From a virus (Duplodnaviria > Caudoviricetes), in IMG/VR virus record IMGVR_UViG_3300030330_005082, positions 6,769-70,768 of that record: a DNA stretch of 64,000 bases; one strand, given 5' to 3'. Made by a program: the position numbers and the translations under genes. Below are positions 33,939-45,000 of the stretch, piece after piece (positions within the stretch are counted from its first letter, which is position 1; every line of letters starts with the position of its first letter). A model generated the notes under the pieces. It worked only from the letters and a program-made list of their open reading frames with translations, searched no databases and was not told the origin of the DNA.

Positions 33939-35084
33939 TTAAAGTGGTAAAAGTACATTGGAACAGATCGCTTGTCCATGATCTGCATTGCCACCAGCAT
34001 CTGTTTTGATCTTTGTCCATGTCACGGCGTTATCAGTGCTGCGCCAAATATCGCCAAGCCTTGAGCAGATGAGCCAGGTTGTGCCATCTGTTTCAATATC
34101 TTCTGCATGACGCTGAGAGTTCATACCAAGATCAGTCATTGCAATGTTGCTGATTGTTTTGCCACTCACGTCAAAACGAGAACAGTGCTCATCATTTGCT
34201 GTGATGTGTGCAACCCTTCCGTTAGCAGAGGCAACGTTGATCTTGTCCTCAAACGTGTTTCCAGGGTTTCGAGTATCAGTGTTCATTGTTGACTCACCAC
34301 CCCAATCAGTAAGGTCGGAGTCAGCACAAGATCGAGCGCGAATCTCTCCAAGTCGACCGTAAATCAAAACGAAACTGTTGTTGGTGTATGTAAGGCATCT
34401 TGCTGCTGTAGGCGCATCAGACGAAAATGGTGTAGATACTGACCAGTTAGCACCGTAATCTGTGCTGGTGTAGATACGGTTCTCTTGAGCCATCATTACG
34501 ACACCATTGCCGAAGCACATGGCCTGGATACCCAACCCAGTGTTGTGTCCAGTGAGTCCATCCAACTGAATATTAGTCCAATTGGCTCCACCGTCTGTAG
34601 ACCTTTGAACACCGGATCTTGCATTTGATGGGTTTGCTTGCCGACCAACAGCCAACCACACACCAGATGTCGAGCCATCATCGCACCAAATAATCCGATA
34701 CTGGTCTTGATCACCGCTTCCAGCGATGGTTACTTTCGTCCAAAAATGAGAACTTTCGACATTTGAACCGCTGACTTGTAATTCGCCATGGATGCTGTCT
34801 CGGCTCATGACGTAGATAATATCTCCATTAGCATCTTTGCCTGCCGCAATATCATAGGCTCTTGGAGTTCCATCCCCTTGCCAGTTGTCGTATTCAGTCC
34901 ATGTTCCGGTAGGATCTGCTCCACACCAGAAAACATGACCATCATCGCCAGCAACTACCCAGTTGGTTGCTGTGGTAGTGGCTTTGGTACAGTCGTTTAC
35001 TTGACCGCAGTTGGCATATGGTACATCGTTAATCTGAGCGATGTTAGCAATGGCAACATCATGAACTTGTGCGTAGTCACCCAC
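33939..35084 (-). CDS. BNR/Asp-box beta-propeller, probable receptor-binding protein
   Basis: STDGGANW, STDYGANW, STDNAVTW Asp-boxes; N-terminal short repeat VHDVAIANIAQINDV. Confidence 0.75.
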   Translation of the reverse strand: MGDYAQVHDVAIANIAQINDVPYANCGQVNDCTKATTTATNWVVAGDDGHVFWCGADPTGTWTEYDNWQGDGTPRAYDIAAGKDANGDIIYVMSRDSIHGELQVSGSNVESSHFWTKVTIAGSGDQDQYRIIWCDDGSTSGVWLAVGRQANPSNARSGVQRSTDGGANWTNIQLDGLTGHNTGLGIQAMCFGNGVVMMAQENRIYTSTDYGANWSVSTPFSSDAPTAARCLTYTNNSFVLIYGRLGEIRARSCADSDLTDWGGESTMNTDTRNPGNTFEDKINVASANGRVAHITANDEHCSRFDVSGKTISNIAMTDLGMNSQRHAEDIETDGTTWLICSRLGDIWRSTDNAVTWTKIKTDAGGNADHGQAICSNVLLPL

Positions 35085-37987
35085 TAGCTAATCTCCACCA
35101 AAGTCATGTCAGGTTTGAAGTAGATTACGTCGTCACTCAATGCCACACCCACAGCTTGGGCTACATCATTGCTTCCACTCGGAACGGTTGCCGTGATACC
35201 ACCATCCGTTGTGCTCGCAAACAATCGATTACCTGCGGTGAAGTTGAACGTGTCGTCTCGGAACATTCCTTGGAGCAAGATGGGTCCAGGGTTGTTAGCG
35301 TTGATTGCTTCTACAGCAAGACCAATTGCAGGCATTTTGGCTACTGAATCTGCATCAGCCTTACCAACAGTGCCATTACCAGAAACGTAAACCAGATCAC
35401 CAATCGCAAGGTTTTCACTGGCGGTCAGCAATGCTGTGATGCCTGTTGCTGTGTGATCGGCTGTAGCCAGCATCGGAGTTTCGATGTGTACAGACTTTTG
35501 CTCCGGTACAAGAAAACCGTTTAGTGCTTTTGAGTATCCGTTTGCGGTAACTACTGAGTTGATTCCGTTACCGATGATGACATCAATCTCATCCTCTTCG
35601 CTTCCGTCTTCGATTACAAGTCCGTTCTGAAACTCTCCATCGTGGGTAGCCACACCCATCATAATCCGACCGCCTTCTGCTCCGTTGGATGCGTCGGCTA
35701 CCTCTGCACGAATCTTGGCAAACAAGATGTTGTCTTGGTTGTCATCGTCAGCGTAGAACTCGATTTCACCAGAACCATCTGCATCAGCACCCGCAGCGCC
35801 TTTGTCTTTCACGAATCGAAGGCGGGCAGCATCGGCATCATTCGTAGTGTTCTTGATGATTAACAGCGGGTCAAGCGCATTGGCCGATGTAAACGTCACC
35901 GTGTCTTGAGTGATGGTTCCCAAAGAGGTAATCACTCCACCGGTCAAAAGATTTGTTCCATCAACTGTGATTGCATCGGCTTCAAGGGTTCCGTCAATAT
36001 CTGCGTCACCGCTAATGTCCAACTCAGTAGCAACAACTTTATTGTTGAATGTAGCTGCACCAGCCTCGGACATGTCAAGAGTTAGGGCTGTGATTACATA
36101 TCCACCATCGTCACCCTTAAAGATAATGTCTTTGTCTTGTGTGCCGTTCTCAATGGTAATGTCACCAGCGTTTCCATGGTCGATCTTGAGTTTTGTACTA
36201 CCATCTTTTTTGAGTCGCCATTTACCTTCAGCACTGTCAAGGACAATGTCACCGTCAATATCAAGTGTGAGGTCTGCACCTTCTGCCGTAGCATCTGTGG
36301 TTGCAATTACCAATGTTCCATCAGCGCCAGCAGTCAATGTAGCTGTGTCACCGGATGAACCGGTCATCGTGATAACCTTGCCGTCGATCGCTACGTCATC
36401 CACCGTAAGAGCAGTCAGCGTTCCAACACTTGTGATGTTTGTTTGAGCCGCTGTGGTCAGCGTTCCTGCAAGGTTTGTTGCAGTAAGTGTTCCTGTTACA
36501 TCAAGAGACTTATTCGTTACAAACTTTGTGCCTGAATGCGCGTAAGTAAGTGTGGCGCTGGCACCATCAATAGAAATCCCAGCCCCATCAGCAGCGGCAG
36601 AATCCGAAGCTCCGGAAGCAATAACTACAGTCTTGTCGTCTACAGTGAGTGTCGTGGAGTTAATCGTGGTTGTTGTACCATTAACGGTCAAGTTACCAGT
36701 TACAGTCAGGTTGTCGTTGACCGTGGTTTCTGACGTTGTGTGGCCAATAGAAACCGCCGTACCACTTACCCCAGTACCGATTGCAACAGACTCGCTGCTA
36801 TTCGCAGTATCGACAATAAGGTAGGCGTCACTGCCCTGCTTAATCGTCAACGCTGTTGCAGAGTTGTCGCTCACTGCAACATTAATGTCCGTGCCGTCAG
36901 CCGAAATGCTATCCAAAGCGATGTCACCGACATTAGTAATGTTGGCATCGTTGAAAGATGTAGCGCCAAGGGTGTTCGCTGCTGCGGTAGAAGTGATACC
37001 CGCCGCCGCTGTAATACCACCACCGTCTGCAATCGTAATTGCCAGATCACCATCAGTGTAGTCGATTGTTGCAGTTTCAAGACTACCGCTATCGATTGTT
37101 AGACCGCTCGAATCGATTGTTACGCGCTTAGCATTGTTTGCATAAAAGTTAATTTGGTCAGCAGTTTCAAAGTCAATTTTAGTTTGATCGTCCTCACCGA
37201 TCTTTAAGTCTGTTGCCAGAATCGATGTAATACCAGTCTGTGCGGCATCTACAGTAAACGTAAGATCAAACGGGTCAGCATCACTACCATCAGAAACATC
37301 TGTAAAGTTGGTTGTAATACCAGAACCAATGAACTTTACTTCTTTACCGTTGGATACTGTGACTTCGGTGCCGTCGTCGTCCTCCAGAATCCAGTTGTCC
37401 ATGTTACCGGAACCGGACGTTTGAGAATCAACATACGCCTTGATGCTTTGCTGGGTCGCCAGTGCAGTTGCACTGTTGCTACTCATGTTGTCTTCGTCGT
37501 TGATTGCGGTGACTGTAGCACCGCTAGCAAGCGTTAGGCTGGTGTTGGCTGTGATGCCGCCACCATCTGCAATGGTGATTGCGTCATCGCCATCGGTAAA
37601 TGAAACCTTGGCGGTCTTTACCTCTCCAGTTGTAGAAATGTCGCCTGAAGCAGTAATCGCCGCAGTCTTGAGTGCAGCGTCTGTTACCGAAAGATCGCCA
37701 GTGCTTGCGCCTGTAGCTGTAGTGGTTCCAACAACAAAGGTATCTGCGCTCTCATCCCAAATGATTGCTGCGTTGTTGCTCGAACCACGCTCAATAATAA
37801 TACCAGCGTCACCAGAAGGACTACCGCTTGTTCCGTTACCCAACTCAATAAGCTTGTCGGAAACGACAGTGTTTGTGGTGCTGACCGTAGTGGTTGTACC
37901 GCTGACAGTTAGGTTACCTTCAATTTCGACATCACCAGTAGTGTTTACAGTGTCAACATTAAGATCTTGATTCAAAAAAGTAGGCAT
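35084..37987 (-). CDS. Tail fibre protein
   Basis: 967 aa, T/S/G/A/D-rich; repeated GNLTV.GTTTT.....V.DK and TDGD.AITIADGGGITA modules; C-terminal cement-like domain. Confidence 0.85.
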   Translation of the reverse strand: MPTFLNQDLNVDTVNTTGDVEIEGNLTVSGTTTTVSTTNTVVSDKLIELGNGTSGSPSGDAGIIIERGSSNNAAIIWDESADTFVVGTTTATGASTGDLSVTDAALKTAAITASGDISTTGEVKTAKVSFTDGDDAITIADGGGITANTSLTLASGATVTAINDEDNMSSNSATALATQQSIKAYVDSQTSGSGNMDNWILEDDDGTEVTVSNGKEVKFIGSGITTNFTDVSDGSDADPFDLTFTVDAAQTGITSILATDLKIGEDDQTKIDFETADQINFYANNAKRVTIDSSGLTIDSGSLETATIDYTDGDLAITIADGGGITAAAGITSTAAANTLGATSFNDANITNVGDIALDSISADGTDINVAVSDNSATALTIKQGSDAYLIVDTANSSESVAIGTGVSGTAVSIGHTTSETTVNDNLTVTGNLTVNGTTTTINSTTLTVDDKTVVIASGASDSAAADGAGISIDGASATLTYAHSGTKFVTNKSLDVTGTLTATNLAGTLTTAAQTNITSVGTLTALTVDDVAIDGKVITMTGSSGDTATLTAGADGTLVIATTDATAEGADLTLDIDGDIVLDSAEGKWRLKKDGSTKLKIDHGNAGDITIENGTQDKDIIFKGDDGGYVITALTLDMSEAGAATFNNKVVATELDISGDADIDGTLEADAITVDGTNLLTGGVITSLGTITQDTVTFTSANALDPLLIIKNTTNDADAARLRFVKDKGAAGADADGSGEIEFYADDDNQDNILFAKIRAEVADASNGAEGGRIMMGVATHDGEFQNGLVIEDGSEEDEIDVIIGNGINSVVTANGYSKALNGFLVPEQKSVHIETPMLATADHTATGITALLTASENLAIGDLVYVSGNGTVGKADADSVAKMPAIGLAVEAINANNPGPILLQGMFRDDTFNFTAGNRLFASTTDGGITATVPSGSNDVAQAVGVALSDDVIYFKPDMTLVEIS

Positions 37988-37999
37988 TCATTACCACCC

Positions 38000-38509
38000 T
38001 TATTTACCGTCGTTATCGCGCCAATGAAGTCGTGCAGTGCGGAGAACCACTGAGTTACCAGTTTCACCTGAAACGGTGCCAGAACCAGGTTGAGGTGCTA
38101 CCTTGACAAAAAGATAAACAGCACCTGATTCTGTTTGTGTTGATGGAGCAGTAAAGAAAAATCTTTCACCCATCCCAATACAGGCTAATTTTACGTTTCC
38201 ATCGGGACCATCACCAGATTCAGTTCCCCAATCAATTCCTGATTTTAATTTTACATTGTTGATTCTATTGGCGAGAGGGTCTTGACCACCCTCGTCGAAC
38301 ATGAGAGCAACATTTACCATAATTGCAGAGCTTGATGAAACATTGTCAAAAACCAAATCTAAATGAGAAAGTGATGCTGCGGACGGTAAAGCACGCGATC
38401 GAGAATCGTGCCCAGCATCTGAAGAAACAGTCTGATGAAGCTTAACTCTTTGCCATACATTAAGGTTACACGTCGGTTTGGTTTTGTTTTTGATAAATCC
38501 TTGAGCCAT
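38000..38509 (-). CDS. Putative structural protein
   Basis: ATG 38509 with GGAGG; beta-rich. Confidence 0.7.
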   Translation of the reverse strand: MAQGFIKNKTKPTCNLNVWQRVKLHQTVSSDAGHDSRSRALPSAASLSHLDLVFDNVSSSSAIMVNVALMFDEGGQDPLANRINNVKLKSGIDWGTESGDGPDGNVKLACIGMGERFFFTAPSTQTESGAVYLFVKVAPQPGSGTVSGETGNSVVLRTARLHWRDNDGK

Positions 38510-38570
38510 CAAAGCCTCCAAATAGAAGTGACTGTGGGGGCATGAAGCCCCCTAAATCAGTGGATCAGGA

Positions 38571-38948
38571 TCAAGTGATTGCGCTAGTGTAGACGCCCAT
38601 GTGAATCCAAGCCGTCCCGTTGCAAACAACAATAGCTGCTTCGTTTTGGTTCAAAGTCACAATTGTGCTTGCTGCATCATCCTTAATGACAAGGTTCTCA
38701 GAACCATCTGCGGCATTTTGAATAACGAAATCAAGGCCCTTACTGTCGGCTTCAGCAGGAAGAGTGATGTCACGCGCAGAGCCACCTGGGTCAAGCTTCT
38801 GATACTTGGCATCAGAGGTTGTGAGCGTCTTGTTATCGGCAAGAGTTTCTGAGTTGTAGCCAGTGGACGTAGCGTCCTTAATCCGGCCTTCGGTGGTCAT
38901 TCCATGAATAAGGCGACGGCCACCCATCATTTCGGGAATCATTGACAT
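38571..38948 (-). CDS. Putative virion structural/decoration protein
   Basis: RDITLPAE...GLDFVIQN...AAIVVCNGTAW small beta domain; similar domain at the end of 49413..49967. Confidence 0.7.
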   Translation of the reverse strand: MSMIPEMMGGRRLIHGMTTEGRIKDATSTGYNSETLADNKTLTTSDAKYQKLDPGGSARDITLPAEADSKGLDFVIQNAADGSENLVIKDDAASTIVTLNQNEAAIVVCNGTAWIHMGVYTSAIT

Positions 38949-39031
38949 TATTTACTCCATTGGGGAAAGGTAAAGGGATTGCGGGAATAGAATATCACGT
39001 TTTTTATAGATATACATGAATAGGAAACTTT

Positions 39032-42000
39032 TTACTCGATACGATATAACTGTTTTTCTTCAGCCTGTTCAAATGGATCTTGATAACGAGGCAACTTGGT
39101 TTTTGTTTTGCGTTTGAAGTCTTTAAACATTTTATCCGCTACTTGACCTTGTGTTTCTGTCTGAGCAGGAATCATACCAAGGGCTCCAAGAAGTTCTTGA
39201 CCAGGACTATTTCCAACTTTAGGCGATGCACTGTCACCCTTTTTGATCCTGTCTGTAACTTCCTCGACCAGACCCCGTTCTTCCAGTGATTTCCTCATGG
39301 ATATACCTGTTTCAGTGATCCCCTCTACAAAACCTAAGTTTGCTCTGTCTACTCTTTCTGCAACGGTAATGTAACGACCAAATGGAGGTATTTGAACCAA
39401 ATTTCTCAAAGACCACCACAAAAGACCATTTCCAGCCAGATCTACTGGTCGATCGTCGTCACCTTCAACGGGCCTAAGTGCTGGATTAGCAAGGCTGTAT
39501 GGAACAACCTGAAGGGCCTCTCTAAACATACCTCCAGTAGCGATTAAATCCCAATCAAGAATGTGAGCAGGAACCTTATTAAAGTTATCTATCTGGCCAC
39601 CATAAAAAGGATCGATGTCTGTCGCAACAACAATAGGCGCCTGTAACCAAGGAACAAGACGTGTAGCCAACTGGCGCTGAGCTTCCTGATCTCCCATCAA
39701 AGCATCGTATGGATCAATCGCAAGATTCAAAGAATCCATGATTGGGAGGGGTGGAAGAAAGTTCATACGTTTTTCTTTTTTAGTACTGTTAATAAACGTA
39801 TCCAAAACCAATATCGGTAATCTTCCATCCAGATAGCTTGGCATTCCAACCTGGCGTTCTGTTTCCATAAACTCTTGTTGCAGACCATTCGCCAAACGCA
39901 ACTGATTAAAAACACGATCTGGTGCAATCAACAAGGTGTCATAAAACAAGTTCATGTTGTTCCGCAAGTAACTGTAGAACATGATGGTTTGTCGCATGAC
40001 TCGTTTTTCAAATTCAGTAAGTGCGCCGTAATCAAATGCTGCTTTACGTGCTGTTTGAGCAGCTTGGCCAGGTGAAATCCCTTGTTCAACGCCATCGATA
40101 AAAATCGAAACACGATAAAAGTTATCAATTGCAGTGGCAGCTTCTTTCAGGTGATCGTTCCATGCCCTTGCGTAATCACCGAGCTTTTTGTAACTGTACT
40201 TACGCTGATCCTTTCGAATGTACTGTTTAATATCTTCAGCCATAGAACGCTGAGTTTCAGCTTGAATAAAGCTTGAATCAAGGCCGTACATCAAGGCCAT
40301 TTCTGAAAGTTGTTTTTGAGTATATATCTGGCCCGACTTCGTCACAAGAAGCCTTTTTGCGCCAGGGTTATATTTGTTTTCCCCATACATTCGCATTGTT
40401 ACTGAAGAGGCCATGCCTGGATTCTTCAACATTACTCGGGTGGCATCTACAGGCCCAACCGCTGTCATAAGTTGAAAGTACCCACCGATGTAGTTGGCTA
40501 CATAATATGGAGCCATGGGTATAATGAAACCCGTAGTAATACCCTGCTTGATAAGCGTTGTTGTAAGTGGAAAAAACCGAAACAAGTTATTGATTGCACG
40601 ACCAACTTTAGAGTACACAATTTGTTTTGTTGGAACTTCTGATGGCACGTCAGCATATGGCGTATCAACATCAGCTTGCCTTAAAACTCGAGCAGGATCC
40701 GTCATGTATGCAGAACCAATTCTACTCACTCTGTCAATCGCGTTCTTTAGTTCAATTTCCATTCCACGCGGAACAGTCACCGTTGTTCCATCAGGAAAAG
40801 TCATGTCTACTAGTGCATCGCCAGACAAAGCTGTTCTGTGACCAAATCGGGCCATCGCCTCTTCTGCGGCAAGTAACGCTTGTAAATCCTGAAAATCTTT
40901 AGCTGGCCTTCTCCCTGGTGGTTTTTCAAACGCAGCGTAATCATAAATTACATTAGTAATAGCCCTTTTGGGCTCTACCATTTCAGAAGGCATGTCATCT
41001 GTAGGACGTGTGCGAAGCTCAAGATCACCATACGTGAAGATCTGGTGCATGTGTCCTTTTACGCGCTGATGAAACATAGAAGGAGTTTCGATCGAATACT
41101 GTGCGCCTGTTGGTGAGACTATTCTTTTTGGTGTCCGGTAGTTTACTTTTGCACCCGGCATTCCATTCTTGATCATCAAATCGTATAGACCATCAAGCTT
41201 GTCAAGAGTAGCCATCCGAACGATCATTTCGAGCAAAGCTTGTGATGGTGAATACCTTGATATTTCAGCTTCTGTCAGACCAACCTTACCTCTCTCTCTA
41301 ATGGCCAATTCATAAAGTTTTGGCCACCCTTCTTCACCCGAATAAAACAAATTATATGTTTCCGAAGCTCTCCAAGATGCTTTTCTGTCTAGTTCAAGAG
41401 TTTCACCGCCAAGACCCCTGAGCAACTGTAGACCTCTTTGCTGTATTTTTGTATCGTTTTGTTCGATGCGGTCTTTAATAACCATCAATGCTTCACCAAT
41501 CGCGACTCGATCGGAATCAGACATTTTAGCAATTTGTTTTGTAGTTAGTCCTGTTTCAGATGAATATGATTGAAGAATCGTTAGAGCAGTAGAAACCCTC
41601 TCTGTGATGCCATTCACTCCACCTCTACTGCATGCCTTTGTAAGCAATTCTTGTGTTGCGTTTTGAGTAAGAAACTGCATTCTTGAAACGCCAGATGGAA
41701 TCTCAAAAGAGTACCCTGTTACTTCGGCCTGCAGATCAGGTTCAATGCCAACCGCTTCTAGCTCACCAGGGTCGATTTTTGTCAGTTCGTCCTGACCTGA
41801 AATAATATCAGCTTGTTTTTTAGAGTCTATTTGCAAGGACTTATCTTGCTCAGACAACTTTTTATACTCTAAATTTATTCTACTTATTTCGGCATCCGTA
41901 AGATCGTTTATCACGCTCACGATGCCACGACTTCTCTGAAGTCGACCGCCTACGTTCTTCGTAACGCCAGAGATCAACTCTACTTGTTCAGGATCAAAAT

Positions 42001-45000
42001 CATTTACAAGTATGTCGGTCATACTTTCAAATATTTGCTCTATCGCATCTTCAGGGTTTCCTCTTCTTGCTGTTCTAGCAATATTTACAATGTCTCTCGG
42101 AGTTTCCGAAATGCTTTTAAGTTGACGCTTATAAAGCTCTTTCAACTGAGGTCTGACATTGTACATGGGATCATCTAAAACAAATAACCTTTGAATTTTT
42201 GAAATAGTGTTTTTGATGAAATCGATTTCGCTTGATAGAGCAGGCTCTAAAAGACCCCTCTTAAATGCGCCTAAAATGGAATATCCAAGACTTTTTGGGA
42301 TTGCCTCAGTGTAGGTGGTTCGACGTGAAACTCCACTAGCCTCTACATCCAGCATTAGCTCAATTACTCTGCTGTAGTCTCTCATTTTTATAGTAGAAAG
42401 GTCTGCATTTGCACCAATCAAATCATCTGGAATTCGTCTACCGACGATTGGCTCAGACCCTAAACGGCGCAAGAAAACTTTTAATCTTGCTTGTTGGCCA
42501 GCGTTTAAAGTCAACGTTTCATCTTTAGCATTTGCCATATCGATTAGTTTGACTGGATCTAAATACGATTGCTTTTTGCCAACGTTTTGTTTGCTAATAC
42601 CAAGAATAGATCCCATACGTGCATTTACACGATTCACAATCGATTCGGCTTTGTCGTCAGTAACCAATGTGTTGTCAGTCAGGTTTTGTATTCTTCTTCC
42701 ACCGATCGCTGACTTTGATTCGTTTTTCTTGAAAGTTTCAGTCATTACATAAGCAAGTGCCCTGCTGTATGTTTCAATCGCATCCACTGCGCGTGTCTCA
42801 TCAGTGATTCCAAGAACTTGCCTCACTGAGTCTGGATGGACATCTACGTCGAATATAGGACGCTTTTGAGAAGCTTGTCGGAGCCTTTCACCCTGTTCCA
42901 GAATTTTACCTCTATCAATATAAACAGTCGATCCAGGTCGTCTTGGTGCGTTTTCAATATTGATCTGAACTAGCTCATTACGATGAAATCTATCTGGCCG
43001 TAAAAGCAAATCTAATCTTCCTGCCACAACCGGATCGATAAACCTGCCGGATTCAAGCCTCATACGAGTATACATGGCCTGTAGGTTTTCATACAGAGAA
43101 GCTACATCTGATGCATCGCCATCTAAACGACCCACTCCAGAAACCATCTTTCTTAAAATTTCTTCTACTTGTTTTTTACCCTGAGCGTTGAGCCTTCTTT
43201 TGGTTGTGTTTGAACCAAAATTTGGGTTCACTTCATTGTGTTTTCGGCCAATAAATCTACTAGCCCATCTTTTACCCATGAGATCTACAAGTATCTGACT
43301 GTCGTTTTCCAACAACTTCGAGAAATTACCTGTTTTGTACATGTCTCGAATTGCGTCTATGTTGTCACTTGTAATGTCAAGAACTCTTCCCACCTTGACA
43401 TTGATGATGTCAGATGGTGTTGCCTCATCTGCAATAGTCCTCGAAATGGTGTCTATTTCTACTTTGCCGAAAAAATCTTGGGGTGTGCTGATTTTGATCT
43501 GATTATCTGCCGCTGCTGCATAGGATCTGTTTTCGAGCAAAGATAAAAGAACAATCTTCTGATCTACATCAATGGTCCCTTTTTCAACAAGCTGATCTAA
43601 ATCTTTGTTTACCTTTTGATATTGCTTGCTGTTTCTCAGTTGGACCGTGTCTGCATCACCAACATAGTATGCAGCCTTCAGATTTTTTGTGTAATCCTGT
43701 TTATTTTTTTCCGCTTGTTTCCTGGCTGCCGTCTTTACTTGCCTTGGGTCTAAACCAGCAGAAATAAATGTTCGATCAAGCTGCTGTTCTAACTCGAAAG
43801 GCAAAATGCCTTTTGTGTCATTTTTTCTGTTCTTGAACATTCGCACACCCTCATCGGTGTGCTGAAGGTGATGAATGACTGTGTACAAAGCATGATAAAT
43901 GGTTTCGTACGCATCAGGTTTGTAGTTTTTCTTTAGCTGCTCAATGGCGGTATCAACTTCGATTCCATCTTCTATTTTTTCAAAAATCTGTTCTGCAATA
44001 TTTCTTGCAGCGTATGAGAGGCTTCTCTTTTGTTTTCCAACCACATCTGTAGGTATAGGCTCTTCATTGGCTTTTGCGTTGTATACCTCCGTGTCCTCAT
44101 CAAGAAGTTGCTTCAACTTTGGACCGTCAATCTTTCCACCGATTTGATTTTCTATCGCATTAACAGCAAAAGAAACGTTTTCCGAAATGTTGTACAACCT
44201 GTTGTACGCAGACGGTGATCCTCCTGCGAGAGCTACCTTCCATTTGACCGGACTCTTCCATCCCCCCTTCAAATCAAACTGATTAGCGATTTTAGAACCT
44301 CTTGATGTTCCTCTAACAATCGCGATTGGGTACTTAGCAAGCAGACGTTCCCACGGGGTAATCATGTCTATTGTGTGGCCAAGTGCTTGCCTTGAATGGT
44401 ATTCAGCATCGCCACGACTGTACCCTAAAGCAATCGCTTCATTTGTTAGGTGAGCACTAACTCCGATGTTTGCAGTTTGAATGTTGGCTGCAAACCGTGC
44501 CAACCAACCCGTATCGGGATCTCTAAGACCATACTCATAGTAAAAATCGCGGCTAGCTGGAGTGAGTGGAAGCAAACCAAGTGGGCCACCCATAAGAGTT
44601 GCGACACCAGAAACTGCGTATGGAGCATACTCAGCCAGAGAATCAGCGTTTTCCTCAGACAAGCCGAGGTCAATAAGTTTATTTTTTACGTCACTCTTGG
44701 TAACACCCATTGAAACATCAATTTCGGATATTGCTTCTGTTGATATACCCAACAGACGCATCACTTTACCGAAAGTATTTTCAACCATGACCAACTCATC
44801 GCCAATCTTTTCTTGATCAAAAATAAAACTTTCAATGCTTTTTTGAGCGGTTCTACCATAAACTCCAGACCGACCTTTAGCCTCAATCACATTCTCGATT
44901 GAATCGAAAAGAGTAGTCAAAAGTCCATCTGTACTGGGAATTGTTCCAGCCCAAACGGATGCTGGCAATGCAGCAAATGGAATTCTGTTAAGGAATTTTT

